This document shows, one piece after another, positions 10,752 through 18,951 of a stretch of DNA of 64,000 nucleotides. The translations under genes were made by a program, and so were the position numbers. Source of the DNA: Candidatus Gorgyraea atricola (GTDB taxonomy: Bacteria; Omnitrophota; Gorgyraeia; Gorgyraeales; Gorgyraeaceae); the NCBI GenBank assembly GCA_030765235.1, contig JAVCCW010000006.1, forward strand, positions 1,789 through 65,788. The letters run 5' to 3'. Each line of letters begins with the position of its first letter. Within the stretch, counting starts at the first letter, position 1. The notes beneath the pieces are model-generated. The model was not told the DNA's origin, searched no databases, and saw only the letters and a program-made list of their open reading frames with translations.

Positions 10752-11429
10752 CTAAAATTTTAAAAGATAACTCCATATATAATAACAACCTACAGCTATA
10801 AATATCGACCCTGTCGCCTTCCTCGCATATAACTCGAGCTTTGAAAAACGCTCGAACCATCGCAAGAACGATTTGACCCCTAATGCGATGATCACGGCGA
10901 AAAAAACAACCGGTAAGCCTGTGCCAATGCCGTATAGAAAAGGAAGGATAATCCCATATTTATGACTCAGTGATAGCGGGATCAAACTGCCAAAAAATAA
11001 CGCCGCGGAGAGCGGACAAAATGACAGCGCGAAAATAACACCAAGTAAAAACGCGCCTCTCATACCCGACTGCGCCAGATATTTCTGTTTTTCCTGAGAA
11101 ATAGAAATATTAGGCACGCTAAACCTGATGACATCCAGCAAAAACAGCCCTACGAGGATCAAGAGAGGGCCCAATATTTTATTCATATATCTCTGCAGGA
11201 AATTGGCAAGAGAAGGGATATTAACCAGGGATGTGATGATAATGCTTCCTAAAACAAAATAAGCGAACATGCGGCCAAATGTATACGCGAGTCCTGCCCG
11301 CAATACAAACTTTGGATCTGATGCCTGTTTGGATAAAAACGACACAGCGGCAATATTGGTCGCTAATGGACAGGGGCTTATTGAGGTAAGGATGCCGAAC
11401 CAGAATGCTGAAAACAATACTATGATCAT
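10752..11429 (-). CDS. DsbD_2/CcdA-family thiol:disulfide transmembrane electron-transfer protein
   Basis: Two membrane-embedded Cys motifs (ISPCPL, SFCPLS); polytopic. Confidence 0.7.
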   Translation of the reverse strand: MIIVLFSAFWFGILTSISPCPLATNIAAVSFLSKQASDPKFVLRAGLAYTFGRMFAYFVLGSIIITSLVNIPSLANFLQRYMNKILGPLLILVGLFLLDVIRFSVPNISISQEKQKYLAQSGMRGAFLLGVIFALSFCPLSAALFFGSLIPLSLSHKYGIILPFLYGIGTGLPVVFFAVIIALGVKSFLRWFERFSKLELYARKATGSIFIAVGCYYIWSYLLKF

Positions 11430-11440
11430 TTTTATCTAAA

Positions 11441-11881
11441 CTACAGCTCGCTTAAAAAACCATTTACTTCTTTTTTGATATATTTATAAAATTTATCTTT
11501 ATTGTCCAGATATTCCCAGACCTTTGGAAGGTTTTTATACTCCAGTTCCTTGCCGTCTCTTATGAAAGAAAGTACCACTGATTTTGTGTAAAGCCCGTAA
11601 TCCTCGATAAAATGGGAGTTTTCTTTTTCATCAACATTTATAATTTTATACACCAGTTCTCCTGAGTCAAACTCTTTCACAAAATACTTATCAAGGGATT
11701 CTTTGGTGTATTTTTCTATCTTGTGGCAGTTAGAGCAGCGAAAACTACTATGGAAATAATAGGCTATTATGTGATCTCCGGGAGAAGAATCAGGCTCTTC
11801 TGCAGCCATAACGCTGAATGATGCTATAAAAAGAAAAAGCGCTATTGTAAAAACAGGTATAACGCGTTTTAAGAAATCCAT
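11441..11881 (-). CDS. Exported thioredoxin-fold protein with CxxC (partner of the DsbD_2 protein)
   Basis: Signal peptide; FRCSNCHK motif; gene order trx-lipoprotein-DsbD_2. Confidence 0.45.
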   Translation of the reverse strand: MDFLKRVIPVFTIALFLFIASFSVMAAEEPDSSPGDHIIAYYFHSSFRCSNCHKIEKYTKESLDKYFVKEFDSGELVYKIINVDEKENSHFIEDYGLYTKSVVLSFIRDGKELEYKNLPKVWEYLDNKDKFYKYIKKEVNGFLSEL

Positions 11882-12099
11882 TTAATTATCTCCTCAGGGG
11901 AGGATATCTTCCCTGATGCCTTTACCTTGCCGTCGATGACTATCGCGGGAGTCATCATAACGCCATAGTCGGTTATTTTATCCATGTCCTCTACTTTGAT
12001 TATCTCGATTTCAACGCCTTTTCTTTTAGCGGCCTCTTGCGCATTGTTATAAAGCATATTACATCTCTGGCAACCCATTCCTAATATCTCTATTTTCAT
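11869..12099 (-). CDS. Thioredoxin-family small redox-active disulfide protein (GCxxC)
   Basis: MKIEILGMGCQRCN...; start moved to the internal MKIEIL codon; 76 aa. Confidence 0.65.
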   Translation of the reverse strand: MKIEILGMGCQRCNMLYNNAQEAAKRKGVEIEIIKVEDMDKITDYGVMMTPAIVIDGKVKASGKISSPEEIIKWIS

Positions 12100-12263
12100 A
12101 ATAATACAGGCGCAAGGCACAACAAGACATGTTCCCTGGCGTACCATTTTACAAGGGCCAAAGACTCAAAAAGCGGGCCCCTGAAAGGAAGACTCTCTAC
12201 TGGAAAGTAGTAACTTATCAGGAAGCCCGCTATTATCAAAAAGAGCGTGTTTCTTCTATTCAC

Positions 12264-12728
12264 TTATTTCTTGCCCATCATGCCAGTCTTGCCCATCTTG
12301 CCTTTGCTGCAAAGAGACTTCATTTTCTTCTTCTGATCTGCAGTAAGGGTGCTTTTAAGCACTGCGCATGCTGCTACCAGGGCTTTTGCTTTTTCTTTCT
12401 TAATCTCGTATTTCTTGTCGATAAGAACGTTTACTGCGTTCAGATCGATCGTATCCTCCCACATGCTTGCCTTTATATCAAGCGCAAGTATGTCGATCTC
12501 AGCCTTTTTCCTGATCAAATCCTTCTTGGTGCTGATCTTCAGGTCTTTTATCTTTTCTACCTGCTCATCTGTAAGACCTAACTCCTCCTGGTTCTTGATA
12601 ATCATCATGGCCTTTTTATAGAATTTCCCACTAAGGTCACCATGACAGCCTTTCATCTTCCCATGCTCTGCATACACACTCGGCACCAAAAGACTGAGAC
12701 ACACTAAAACTAACAATACCTTCCTCAT
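12264..12728 (-). CDS. Periplasmic Spy/CpxP/ZraP-like LTXXQ-motif protein
   Basis: Signal peptide MRKVLLVLV..., two LTxxQ motifs (LTDEQ, LTADQ), His/Met-rich ends. Confidence 0.55.
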   Translation of the reverse strand: MRKVLLVLVCLSLLVPSVYAEHGKMKGCHGDLSGKFYKKAMMIIKNQEELGLTDEQVEKIKDLKISTKKDLIRKKAEIDILALDIKASMWEDTIDLNAVNVLIDKKYEIKKEKAKALVAACAVLKSTLTADQKKKMKSLCSKGKMGKTGMMGKK

Positions 12729-12811
12729 AATTCCCCCTTTCTTTTCTTTATTATACACCTAAAAACAAAGAATCCCAAGCAAAATCCTACTTGGGATGTA
12801 ATATTCCCGCG

Positions 12812-12854
12812 GAAGAGGAAGTAGGCCAGGTTTAAACCTGGCCTACTTCCTCTT
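12812..12854. repeat. REP-like palindrome, core GTAGGCCAGGTTTAAACCTGGCCTAC with extended 19-bp stem
   Basis: Perfect inverted repeat GAAGAGGAAGTAGGCCAGG-TTTAAA-CCTGGCCTACTTCCTCTT. The same 26-nt core recurs at 40242 and 45352, each just 3' of a minus-strand gene. Confidence 0.8.
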
Positions 12855-12866
12855 GTATTGTTGTCT

Positions 12867-13676
12867 TCAGTTAATCGACACTGGTTGAAGCGAATCTTTG
12901 CTTATGCCGACTATTCTTTCTTTGGCTAACTGGGCTACCTTCTTCCCTGAAACCAACATGCCGCCGAAGGTTGGGCCCATGCGCGGGATCCCGTATACAG
13001 CTGAGACAGCCATTCCAGTTACAAGCAGCCCTGGATAGATCTCGCCTGTTTTTTCAACGACCAAATCCTCAGAAGTATTCGCATCCATTGGCCCGCATTC
13101 CTTTATCTTAAGAATACCCCGCTTCTCCAGGCTTCTGCACACCCATGCATCATGACCAGTAGCATCGATCACAATCTTAGATTCCAGAGAAATAGGGTCA
13201 ACACAGGTAATTTGTTTTGGAAGAGATGATATTGCTGTCCAGTTTATGACAACACCTTCCATCTTGTTATTTCGTATCACTGCATCATCAAATTTTGTCA
13301 TGTTCAGGATCTTTGCACCTGCATCACATGCAGCTGAGATAAGCTTTGCGCATGCATTCGGGCCATCAGCTACAACCAATCCCTTTTCAACCTCTTTATA
13401 AGGTATCTTCAGCTCATCCAGAATCTCATCTGATGGGCTACGAAAAGTCACTGTATTCATAAGATATCCGCCGAGCCAAAAACCGCCACCTAGATAATTG
13501 TTTGCCTCGATAACTAAAGTCTTAATACCATCTTTTGCCAAATCCATTGCTGCTGTAAGTCCACTTGGCCCGCCACCTACGATAATTACATCTGAAATAA
13601 TATAATCCTCGAGCCATTTGCTAAATTCCCTTACGATAGCTTTACTAATCTTCGCTTCAGTCACAGGATGAAACAT
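12867..13676 (-). CDS. thi4: Thiazole synthase, Thi4 family (archaeal/eukaryote-type)
   Basis: GGGPSGLTAA dinucleotide motif; Thi4-like length; upstream of thiE-thiM. Confidence 0.85.
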   Translation of the reverse strand: MFHPVTEAKISKAIVREFSKWLEDYIISDVIIVGGGPSGLTAAMDLAKDGIKTLVIEANNYLGGGFWLGGYLMNTVTFRSPSDEILDELKIPYKEVEKGLVVADGPNACAKLISAACDAGAKILNMTKFDDAVIRNNKMEGVVINWTAISSLPKQITCVDPISLESKIVIDATGHDAWVCRSLEKRGILKIKECGPMDANTSEDLVVEKTGEIYPGLLVTGMAVSAVYGIPRMGPTFGGMLVSGKKVAQLAKERIVGISKDSLQPVSIN

Positions 13677-13689
13677 GCTTTCCCCCTTC

Positions 13690-14298
13690 CTAGTTAAATA
13701 GAGCCTGGAATTTCTCTATTTCCTTCTTTACATCATCCTTTGTCAGGACTGCTGAAATCGCGCATACTGCGTCTGCTCCAGCATCCACGACCTCTTTTAC
13801 ATTGTCGAGGGTAATGCCACCTATTGCTGTAACAGGTACAGTGCAGTTCTTTTTTATCTCCTTTATGAGCTCAATACCGCAAGGCGCGCCTGCATCATGT
13901 TTTGTCGTGGTTGAAAATATCGGACTTACGCCTAAATAGTCAGCGCCTTTTTTCTCTGCCAGCACTGCCTCTTTTAGATCATGCACTGTTACGCCTATTG
14001 TCTTTGTCTTGCCCAAGAGCTTACGAGCAGTCTCGTATGGCATATCGCCCTGGCCTACATGCACACCATCTGCATCCACTGATAGAGCAGCACCCACTAT
14101 GTCATTTATAATAAATAATGCCTTTCCCTCGCATATGTTCTTAAGCGTCTTTATTTCCTCAAGCAAAAACTCCATCTTGCTCGTTTTGCTTCTATATTGA
14201 ACAACACTCACTCCAGCCTCAATAGCGCTTTTCACATCACTCCGGTTACCATTCTTACTAAGACCAGCATCTGTTACAAAATAATAACCTTTTATCAT
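13690..14298 (-). CDS. thiE: Thiamine-phosphate synthase
   Basis: YFVTD...GADGVHVGQGD...IGVSV...AIGGI motifs. Confidence 0.9.
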   Translation of the reverse strand: MIKGYYFVTDAGLSKNGNRSDVKSAIEAGVSVVQYRSKTSKMEFLLEEIKTLKNICEGKALFIINDIVGAALSVDADGVHVGQGDMPYETARKLLGKTKTIGVTVHDLKEAVLAEKKGADYLGVSPIFSTTTKHDAGAPCGIELIKEIKKNCTVPVTAIGGITLDNVKEVVDAGADAVCAISAVLTKDDVKKEIEKFQALFN

Positions 14299-15080
14299 TC
14301 TACCCTCTTTAGTTTTTCTATTTTTTCTTTGTCCAGATTATAAATATGATCGAATAGCTTTACCTTAAATGTGCCTGGGCCGGCGCTATCCTTGTATGCA
14401 AGCTCTGCTGCGATCTCATAACACGCAAGGCCTGCTGCGCTCGCTTTAGCCAGATCTTTTTCAACAGCACTAAACGCGCCTATGACTGACGCTGCCATGC
14501 ATCCTGTACCTACCACATGCGCCATCATATCGCAGCCATTTTTTACAATAATGTGCTTATCTTTAGTAGCTACTATATCTTCTTTTCCTGTTATAACCAC
14601 TGTGGCATTTCTTTTTGCTGCAAGATGTTTTGCCAGCTCTATTAGATCTTTCTCAACTTCACTCGAATCTACACCCTTTGTCTGGACCTCTTCGCCTGCG
14701 ATCCTGGCAACCTCTGAGGCATTGCCTTTTATAATATCAATCCTTGCACAATCCAGAAGCTCAAAACACTTTTCATCCCTTAATTTCGTAGCGCCTGCGC
14801 CGCATACATCCAGTGTAACGGGTATACCTTTTTTATTCGCTGATTTCGCGGCCTTTTTCATTGATTCAATAAATTCAGGTGTCAATGTACCTATATTAAG
14901 CACAAGCGCTGACGCCAGAGACGCCATATCCTCGACCTCTTCCGCAGCATGAGCCATTACAGGCGCAGCGCCAAACACCTTCACGATGTTAGCACAATCA
15001 TAAATCGTGACCCAATTCGTAAGATGATGCACCAAAGGCTTCTCCGTCCTAACTTTCTGCAAAATACTATAGATGTCCAT
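14295..15080 (-). CDS. thiM: Hydroxyethylthiazole kinase
   Basis: VHHLTNWVT...NIGTL...VVGTGCM motifs; ATG at 15080 preceded by AGGAGG. Confidence 0.9.
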   Translation of the reverse strand: MDIYSILQKVRTEKPLVHHLTNWVTIYDCANIVKVFGAAPVMAHAAEEVEDMASLASALVLNIGTLTPEFIESMKKAAKSANKKGIPVTLDVCGAGATKLRDEKCFELLDCARIDIIKGNASEVARIAGEEVQTKGVDSSEVEKDLIELAKHLAAKRNATVVITGKEDIVATKDKHIIVKNGCDMMAHVVGTGCMAASVIGAFSAVEKDLAKASAAGLACYEIAAELAYKDSAGPGTFKVKLFDHIYNLDKEKIEKLKRVE

Positions 15081-15099
15081 CAATTCCTCCTAATAAATA

Positions 15100-15335
15100 A
15101 AAAACCCTATGCTAATACATAGGGTTTTTACAAATCTTTTTCCCTACGCTGGCATTATCCAGTTCAGGTTCATCGGGTAATCCGCCTTGCCCCGTTCCAA
15201 ATTCTTCAATATCATCAAATAATCTACAAGAATTGCCCGCAATTAGTTACAAACAATCAATAGATTATCGATTAGAATTTGGAATGGGGTCTAGCAGAAC
15301 TCTCAGGCCGCTCACGACCTCCCCGTTGTTAACTA
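15100..15335 (-). promoter_or_regulatory. TPP riboswitch (THI element) with intrinsic-terminator expression platform upstream of thiM
   Basis: On the minus strand: GGGGAGGUCGUGAGCGGCCUGAGA ... ACCCGAUGAACCUGAACUGGAUAAUGCCAGCGUAGGGAA matches the TPP aptamer consensus. It is followed by hairpin AAAAACCCUAUG-UAUUAG-CAUAGGGUUUUU plus a U-run, then AGGAGG and the thiM ATG. The P3 stem is unusually long (15190-15289). Confidence 0.85.
15190..15289. repeat. Long palindromic insertion forming riboswitch P3 (15-bp arms CCCCGTTCCAAATTC / GAATTTGGAATGGGG, ~70-nt interior)
   Basis: Arms match the intergenic palindromes at 32826-32856 and 32724-32747 and resemble the RPE-like core. Confidence 0.6.
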
Positions 15336-15367
15336 AATTAAAACATAGATACTACTTACTGTCAATA

Positions 15368-15733
15368 TTAAAAACAGCAAGCGCTCATGCCGGCTTTTTT
15401 GCATACTTCTAAAACATTGATGTCAACGCCGCATTCAGGGCATTTGATCATGCATTCTTTCTTGATGTTTGCCATGTATTTTTCTGGGTCGCTGTTGAAA
15501 GTCTCTATGCAGCCAGGGCAGCAGAATCCTATTGTCTTTCCATTGTATTCTGTTTTATACTGCGTGTCTTTGCTGACTTCACCTTCCATAACAGGGCAAA
15601 GAGTATTGATCGCTTCTCCTGTTTCGCCGGATTTTGCAGATCCTGCGCCACACGCGCCACAACCTGCAAACGCAAGGCTAGATGATACAAAGAACACAAA
15701 CACTACCACTAATAACGTTATGAGTTTTTTCAT
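15368..15733 (-). CDS. Exported YHS-domain metal-binding protein (putative copper chaperone of the cus operon)
   Basis: Signal peptide; CPVMEGEV...YNGKTIGFCCPGC...F..DPEKY YHS motif; extra Cys-rich tail. Confidence 0.6.
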   Translation of the reverse strand: MKKLITLLVVVFVFFVSSSLAFAGCGACGAGSAKSGETGEAINTLCPVMEGEVSKDTQYKTEYNGKTIGFCCPGCIETFNSDPEKYMANIKKECMIKCPECGVDINVLEVCKKAGMSACCF

Positions 15734-18700
15734 ATGTTATCTCCTTTCTTAGTTTTCCTAAGCTGGGCTTCCTTAATCCAGCAGTATAAGACTGGCACAA
15801 GAATCAGATTAGAAAGTGTTGCTGTAACCAGGCCCCCGACTGTCGGGGATGCCATTGGTTTCATGATCTCAGAACCTGTACCTGTTGAAAGCATTACAGG
15901 GATCAGAGCGATGATCGTAGTCGTAGCAGTCATCATTGCCGGCCTTACCCTTAAGAGCCCGCCTTCAATAACAGTTTTTCGGATATCTTCTATGGTCTTT
16001 GGAACCTTTTTTTTAAACAAATCATCCAGGGTTGAAAGCAGTACCACAGCATTATCAGTTGCTACACCAAATAGCGCAATGAATCCAACCCACACAGCAG
16101 TAGAAAATTTAAATCCCAGGATGAATAATAAAATAATACCGCCCATGAGAGAAACAGGTATGCCTGTGGAGAGTATCAGTAAACTGCTAAAATTCTTAAA
16201 CGCCACGTAAAGCAACATCAGTATAACGGCCAGAGCGATGATAAGCGATGGTATGAGCTTCTTTCTCGACTCCATCTCTGACTCGAACTGGCCTGACCAG
16301 GAAATAAAATATCCCTGAGGCAGTTTCAAATCTCCGTTATCTATTCTTTCTTTTACTGCCGCTTGAGCCTCATTTACAAAATCTATCAACCCGATTTTGT
16401 CCTGATTGACATTTACAAAGACCCTTGCGTAAGTCTGAGTGTCCTCTGAATTGATAACTGCCGGGCCAGGCACCCTTTTTAAAGTCGCAACCTGTGTCAA
16501 AGGTATGTGCTCGCCAGCCGGCGTGGGGATAAAAATCCTTTCCAGCGCTTCCGGCGAATCTCTTAATTCCCTCAGGTATCTTATCCTTACCGGATACCTC
16601 TCTCTTCCTTCGACCGTGGTAGTCAGATTCATGCCGCCTATTGCTGTCATTATTATATGCTGTATATCTCCTATTTTTACGCCAAAACGAGCGGCCTTTT
16701 CTCTGTCTATGTCTATCTCAAAATACGGCCTATTTGATGTGCGTTCGGCATACGGACTCACTGCGCCTTCTACCCCACTTACTATATCTTCTATCTTAAC
16801 TGCGATCTCAACTATCTTTCCCAGATCAGTTCCAAAGACTTTGATACCCACTGGTGTCTGTATACCTGTGGCCAGCATATCTATTCTATTGCGTATTGGC
16901 TGTGTCATTATAGGGCTTACCCCAGGCATCCTGGTCTTTTCCTGGATCTCCTGAATGAGTTTCTCTCTGGTCATGCCTTTACGCCAGAATTTCTTGTCCT
17001 TAAGATGGATGATACTTTCGATCATGCTTACAGGCGCGGGATCTGTTGCAGTTTCTGCGCGGCCTAACTTACCTACTACCCACTTGACCTCTGGAAATTC
17101 ATTTTTTATAATAATATCCTGTTTTTTCATAACCTCCATTACCTGCGTCAGAGACGCGCCAGGTAAAAATACAGGCATGAATAGAAGATCCCCCTCGTTC
17201 AAAGGAGGCATAAATTCCTGACCCATCATAGAGCCGCATAATAAACCTATCAGTATAACTGCAATAGAAATGAGAATTACTATTCCTTTATGCTTAAGGG
17301 ACCAACGGATGATCGGGTTATATCCTTTATACAAGGCCCGGGCTGTCCTGTTTTCTTCAACAGGCCGCAATCTGCCCCTTAAAAAATAATAGCAAAGTGT
17401 TGGTAAAAGCATCAGGGCGATCACAGCAGCAGCTCCCATGGCAAATGTCTTTGTAAATGCGAGCGGCGTAAAGAGCTTGCCTGCCTGTCCTGTCAAAACA
17501 AAAACAGGGATAAACCCTACGATAGTCGTGAGAAGGGCAAACAGCACTGGCTTTCCAACTTCTTGCGCTCCGGATATGCAGACGTTCAGCCTTTCATCAG
17601 GCGCAAGCCGCTCCACGCCCAATTCTTTGAGCCTCGTAGCCAATCTTCTATAAATATTTTCTACCAGCACACAGCCAGAATCCACCATCACGCCTATGGC
17701 TATTGCAATACCGCCCAAAGACATGATATTCGCATCCACGCCATACTGGCGCATTAATATAAAGGAAAGAAGCACGCCTATCGGCAATACCATGGATATA
17801 ACAGCGCTTCCCCCAAAATGCAGCAAGAATACAAGAATTACAAAAACTGTGATTATCATCTCCTGCATCAGGGCACTTTTTAATGTATTGATAGCCCGCA
17901 TGATAAGGCCTGTTCTATCATAAAAGGGGACTATCTTTACTCCTTTAGGAAGGCCTACTGAGAGTTCATCTATTTTTTTCTTAATATTCTCTATCACTTT
18001 AAGGGGGTTTTCCCCATACCTCATTAAAATAACGCCGCCTGTAACTTCTTTTCCTTCTTTATCCAAAGCACCTCTACGGAATTCAGGACCTATTGTCACA
18101 TTCGCGATATTCTTTATATATATCGGGGTACCTTCTTTAACATCTACGACAATGTTCTCTATATCAGAGACATTTTTTATAAAACCAACACCGCGGACAA
18201 TGAACTCTATGCCCCCTTCTTCAAATACCTTTGCCCCTACATCTATATTGGACTTCTGGACAGAGGTTATGACTTCGTGGATTTTTATATCATGCGCTAA
18301 AAGTTTATTCGGGTCTATATCGATCTGATACTGCTTTACATATCCGCCAACTGATGCGACTTCTGATACGCCTTCAACCGCGGTCAACTGATAACGCACG
18401 TACCAATCCTGAATCGAACGAAGCTCTGCCAGATCATAGCCATCGCCCTCGACTGTATACCAAAAGATCTGCCCTAATGCAGTTGCGTCCGGGCCCAAGG
18501 TAATTTTTGCGTCACCAGGAATATCTCTTTTTGCAAAATCCAGCCTTTCCAGGACCCTGGTCCTTGCCCAATAATAATCTGTCCCCTCTTTGAAGATCAT
18601 ATTCACAAGGCCAAATCCGAACGCAGATGTCGAACGCACCACCTTTACTTTCGGCGTGCCCATCAGTCCTGTTGTCAACGGATATATGACCTGGTCTTCT

Positions 18701-18882
18701 ACATCTCTGGGGCTTCTCCCCGGCCAATCAGCATAGACAATAACCTGAAGTTCGCCTATATCAGGTATTGCATCTATAGGGATCTCCTTCATTGAAGAAA
18801 ATCCCCAGAAAATCAAAAGCGCAAACGTCGCTATGACCAGGAATCTATTTTTAAGACAAATTTCGATAATTTTATTTATCAT
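15730..18882 (-). CDS. cusA: CusA/CzcA-family heavy-metal efflux RND transporter
   Basis: 1050 aa; N-terminus collinear with CusA (NRFLV...IPIDAIPDIG...QVIYPLTTGLMG...YYWARTRVLERL). Confidence 0.9.
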   Translation of the reverse strand: MINKIIEICLKNRFLVIATFALLIFWGFSSMKEIPIDAIPDIGELQVIVYADWPGRSPRDVEDQVIYPLTTGLMGTPKVKVVRSTSAFGFGLVNMIFKEGTDYYWARTRVLERLDFAKRDIPGDAKITLGPDATALGQIFWYTVEGDGYDLAELRSIQDWYVRYQLTAVEGVSEVASVGGYVKQYQIDIDPNKLLAHDIKIHEVITSVQKSNIDVGAKVFEEGGIEFIVRGVGFIKNVSDIENIVVDVKEGTPIYIKNIANVTIGPEFRRGALDKEGKEVTGGVILMRYGENPLKVIENIKKKIDELSVGLPKGVKIVPFYDRTGLIMRAINTLKSALMQEMIITVFVILVFLLHFGGSAVISMVLPIGVLLSFILMRQYGVDANIMSLGGIAIAIGVMVDSGCVLVENIYRRLATRLKELGVERLAPDERLNVCISGAQEVGKPVLFALLTTIVGFIPVFVLTGQAGKLFTPLAFTKTFAMGAAAVIALMLLPTLCYYFLRGRLRPVEENRTARALYKGYNPIIRWSLKHKGIVILISIAVILIGLLCGSMMGQEFMPPLNEGDLLFMPVFLPGASLTQVMEVMKKQDIIIKNEFPEVKWVVGKLGRAETATDPAPVSMIESIIHLKDKKFWRKGMTREKLIQEIQEKTRMPGVSPIMTQPIRNRIDMLATGIQTPVGIKVFGTDLGKIVEIAVKIEDIVSGVEGAVSPYAERTSNRPYFEIDIDREKAARFGVKIGDIQHIIMTAIGGMNLTTTVEGRERYPVRIRYLRELRDSPEALERIFIPTPAGEHIPLTQVATLKRVPGPAVINSEDTQTYARVFVNVNQDKIGLIDFVNEAQAAVKERIDNGDLKLPQGYFISWSGQFESEMESRKKLIPSLIIALAVILMLLYVAFKNFSSLLILSTGIPVSLMGGIILLFILGFKFSTAVWVGFIALFGVATDNAVVLLSTLDDLFKKKVPKTIEDIRKTVIEGGLLRVRPAMMTATTTIIALIPVMLSTGTGSEIMKPMASPTVGGLVTATLSNLILVPVLYCWIKEAQLRKTKKGDNI

Positions 18883-18951
18883 GATATACCTTTTGGCACA
18901 CTAAAGTGTGCCCTACAGCTGCTATAAGCTGCTATTGTGTGACCTACTTAA

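Noticed and set aside
12129-12621. Plus-strand ORFs of 150 and 90 aa antisense to the Spy/CpxP-like gene
   Set aside because: Low-complexity translation. The minus-strand gene has a signal peptide and LTXXQ motifs.
12812-12854. Interpreting the GTTTAAAC palindromes as ordinary rho-independent terminators
   Set aside because: No U-tract follows the hairpin on the transcribed (minus) strand in any of the three copies. In copy 2 the T-run precedes the stem. Identical cores at three loci argue for a repeat family. A stabiliser or terminator role is not excluded.
15734-17923. Several plus-strand ORFs (64-171 aa) inside cusA
   Set aside because: They are antisense to a 1050-aa RND transporter with full-length homology and have no independent signals.
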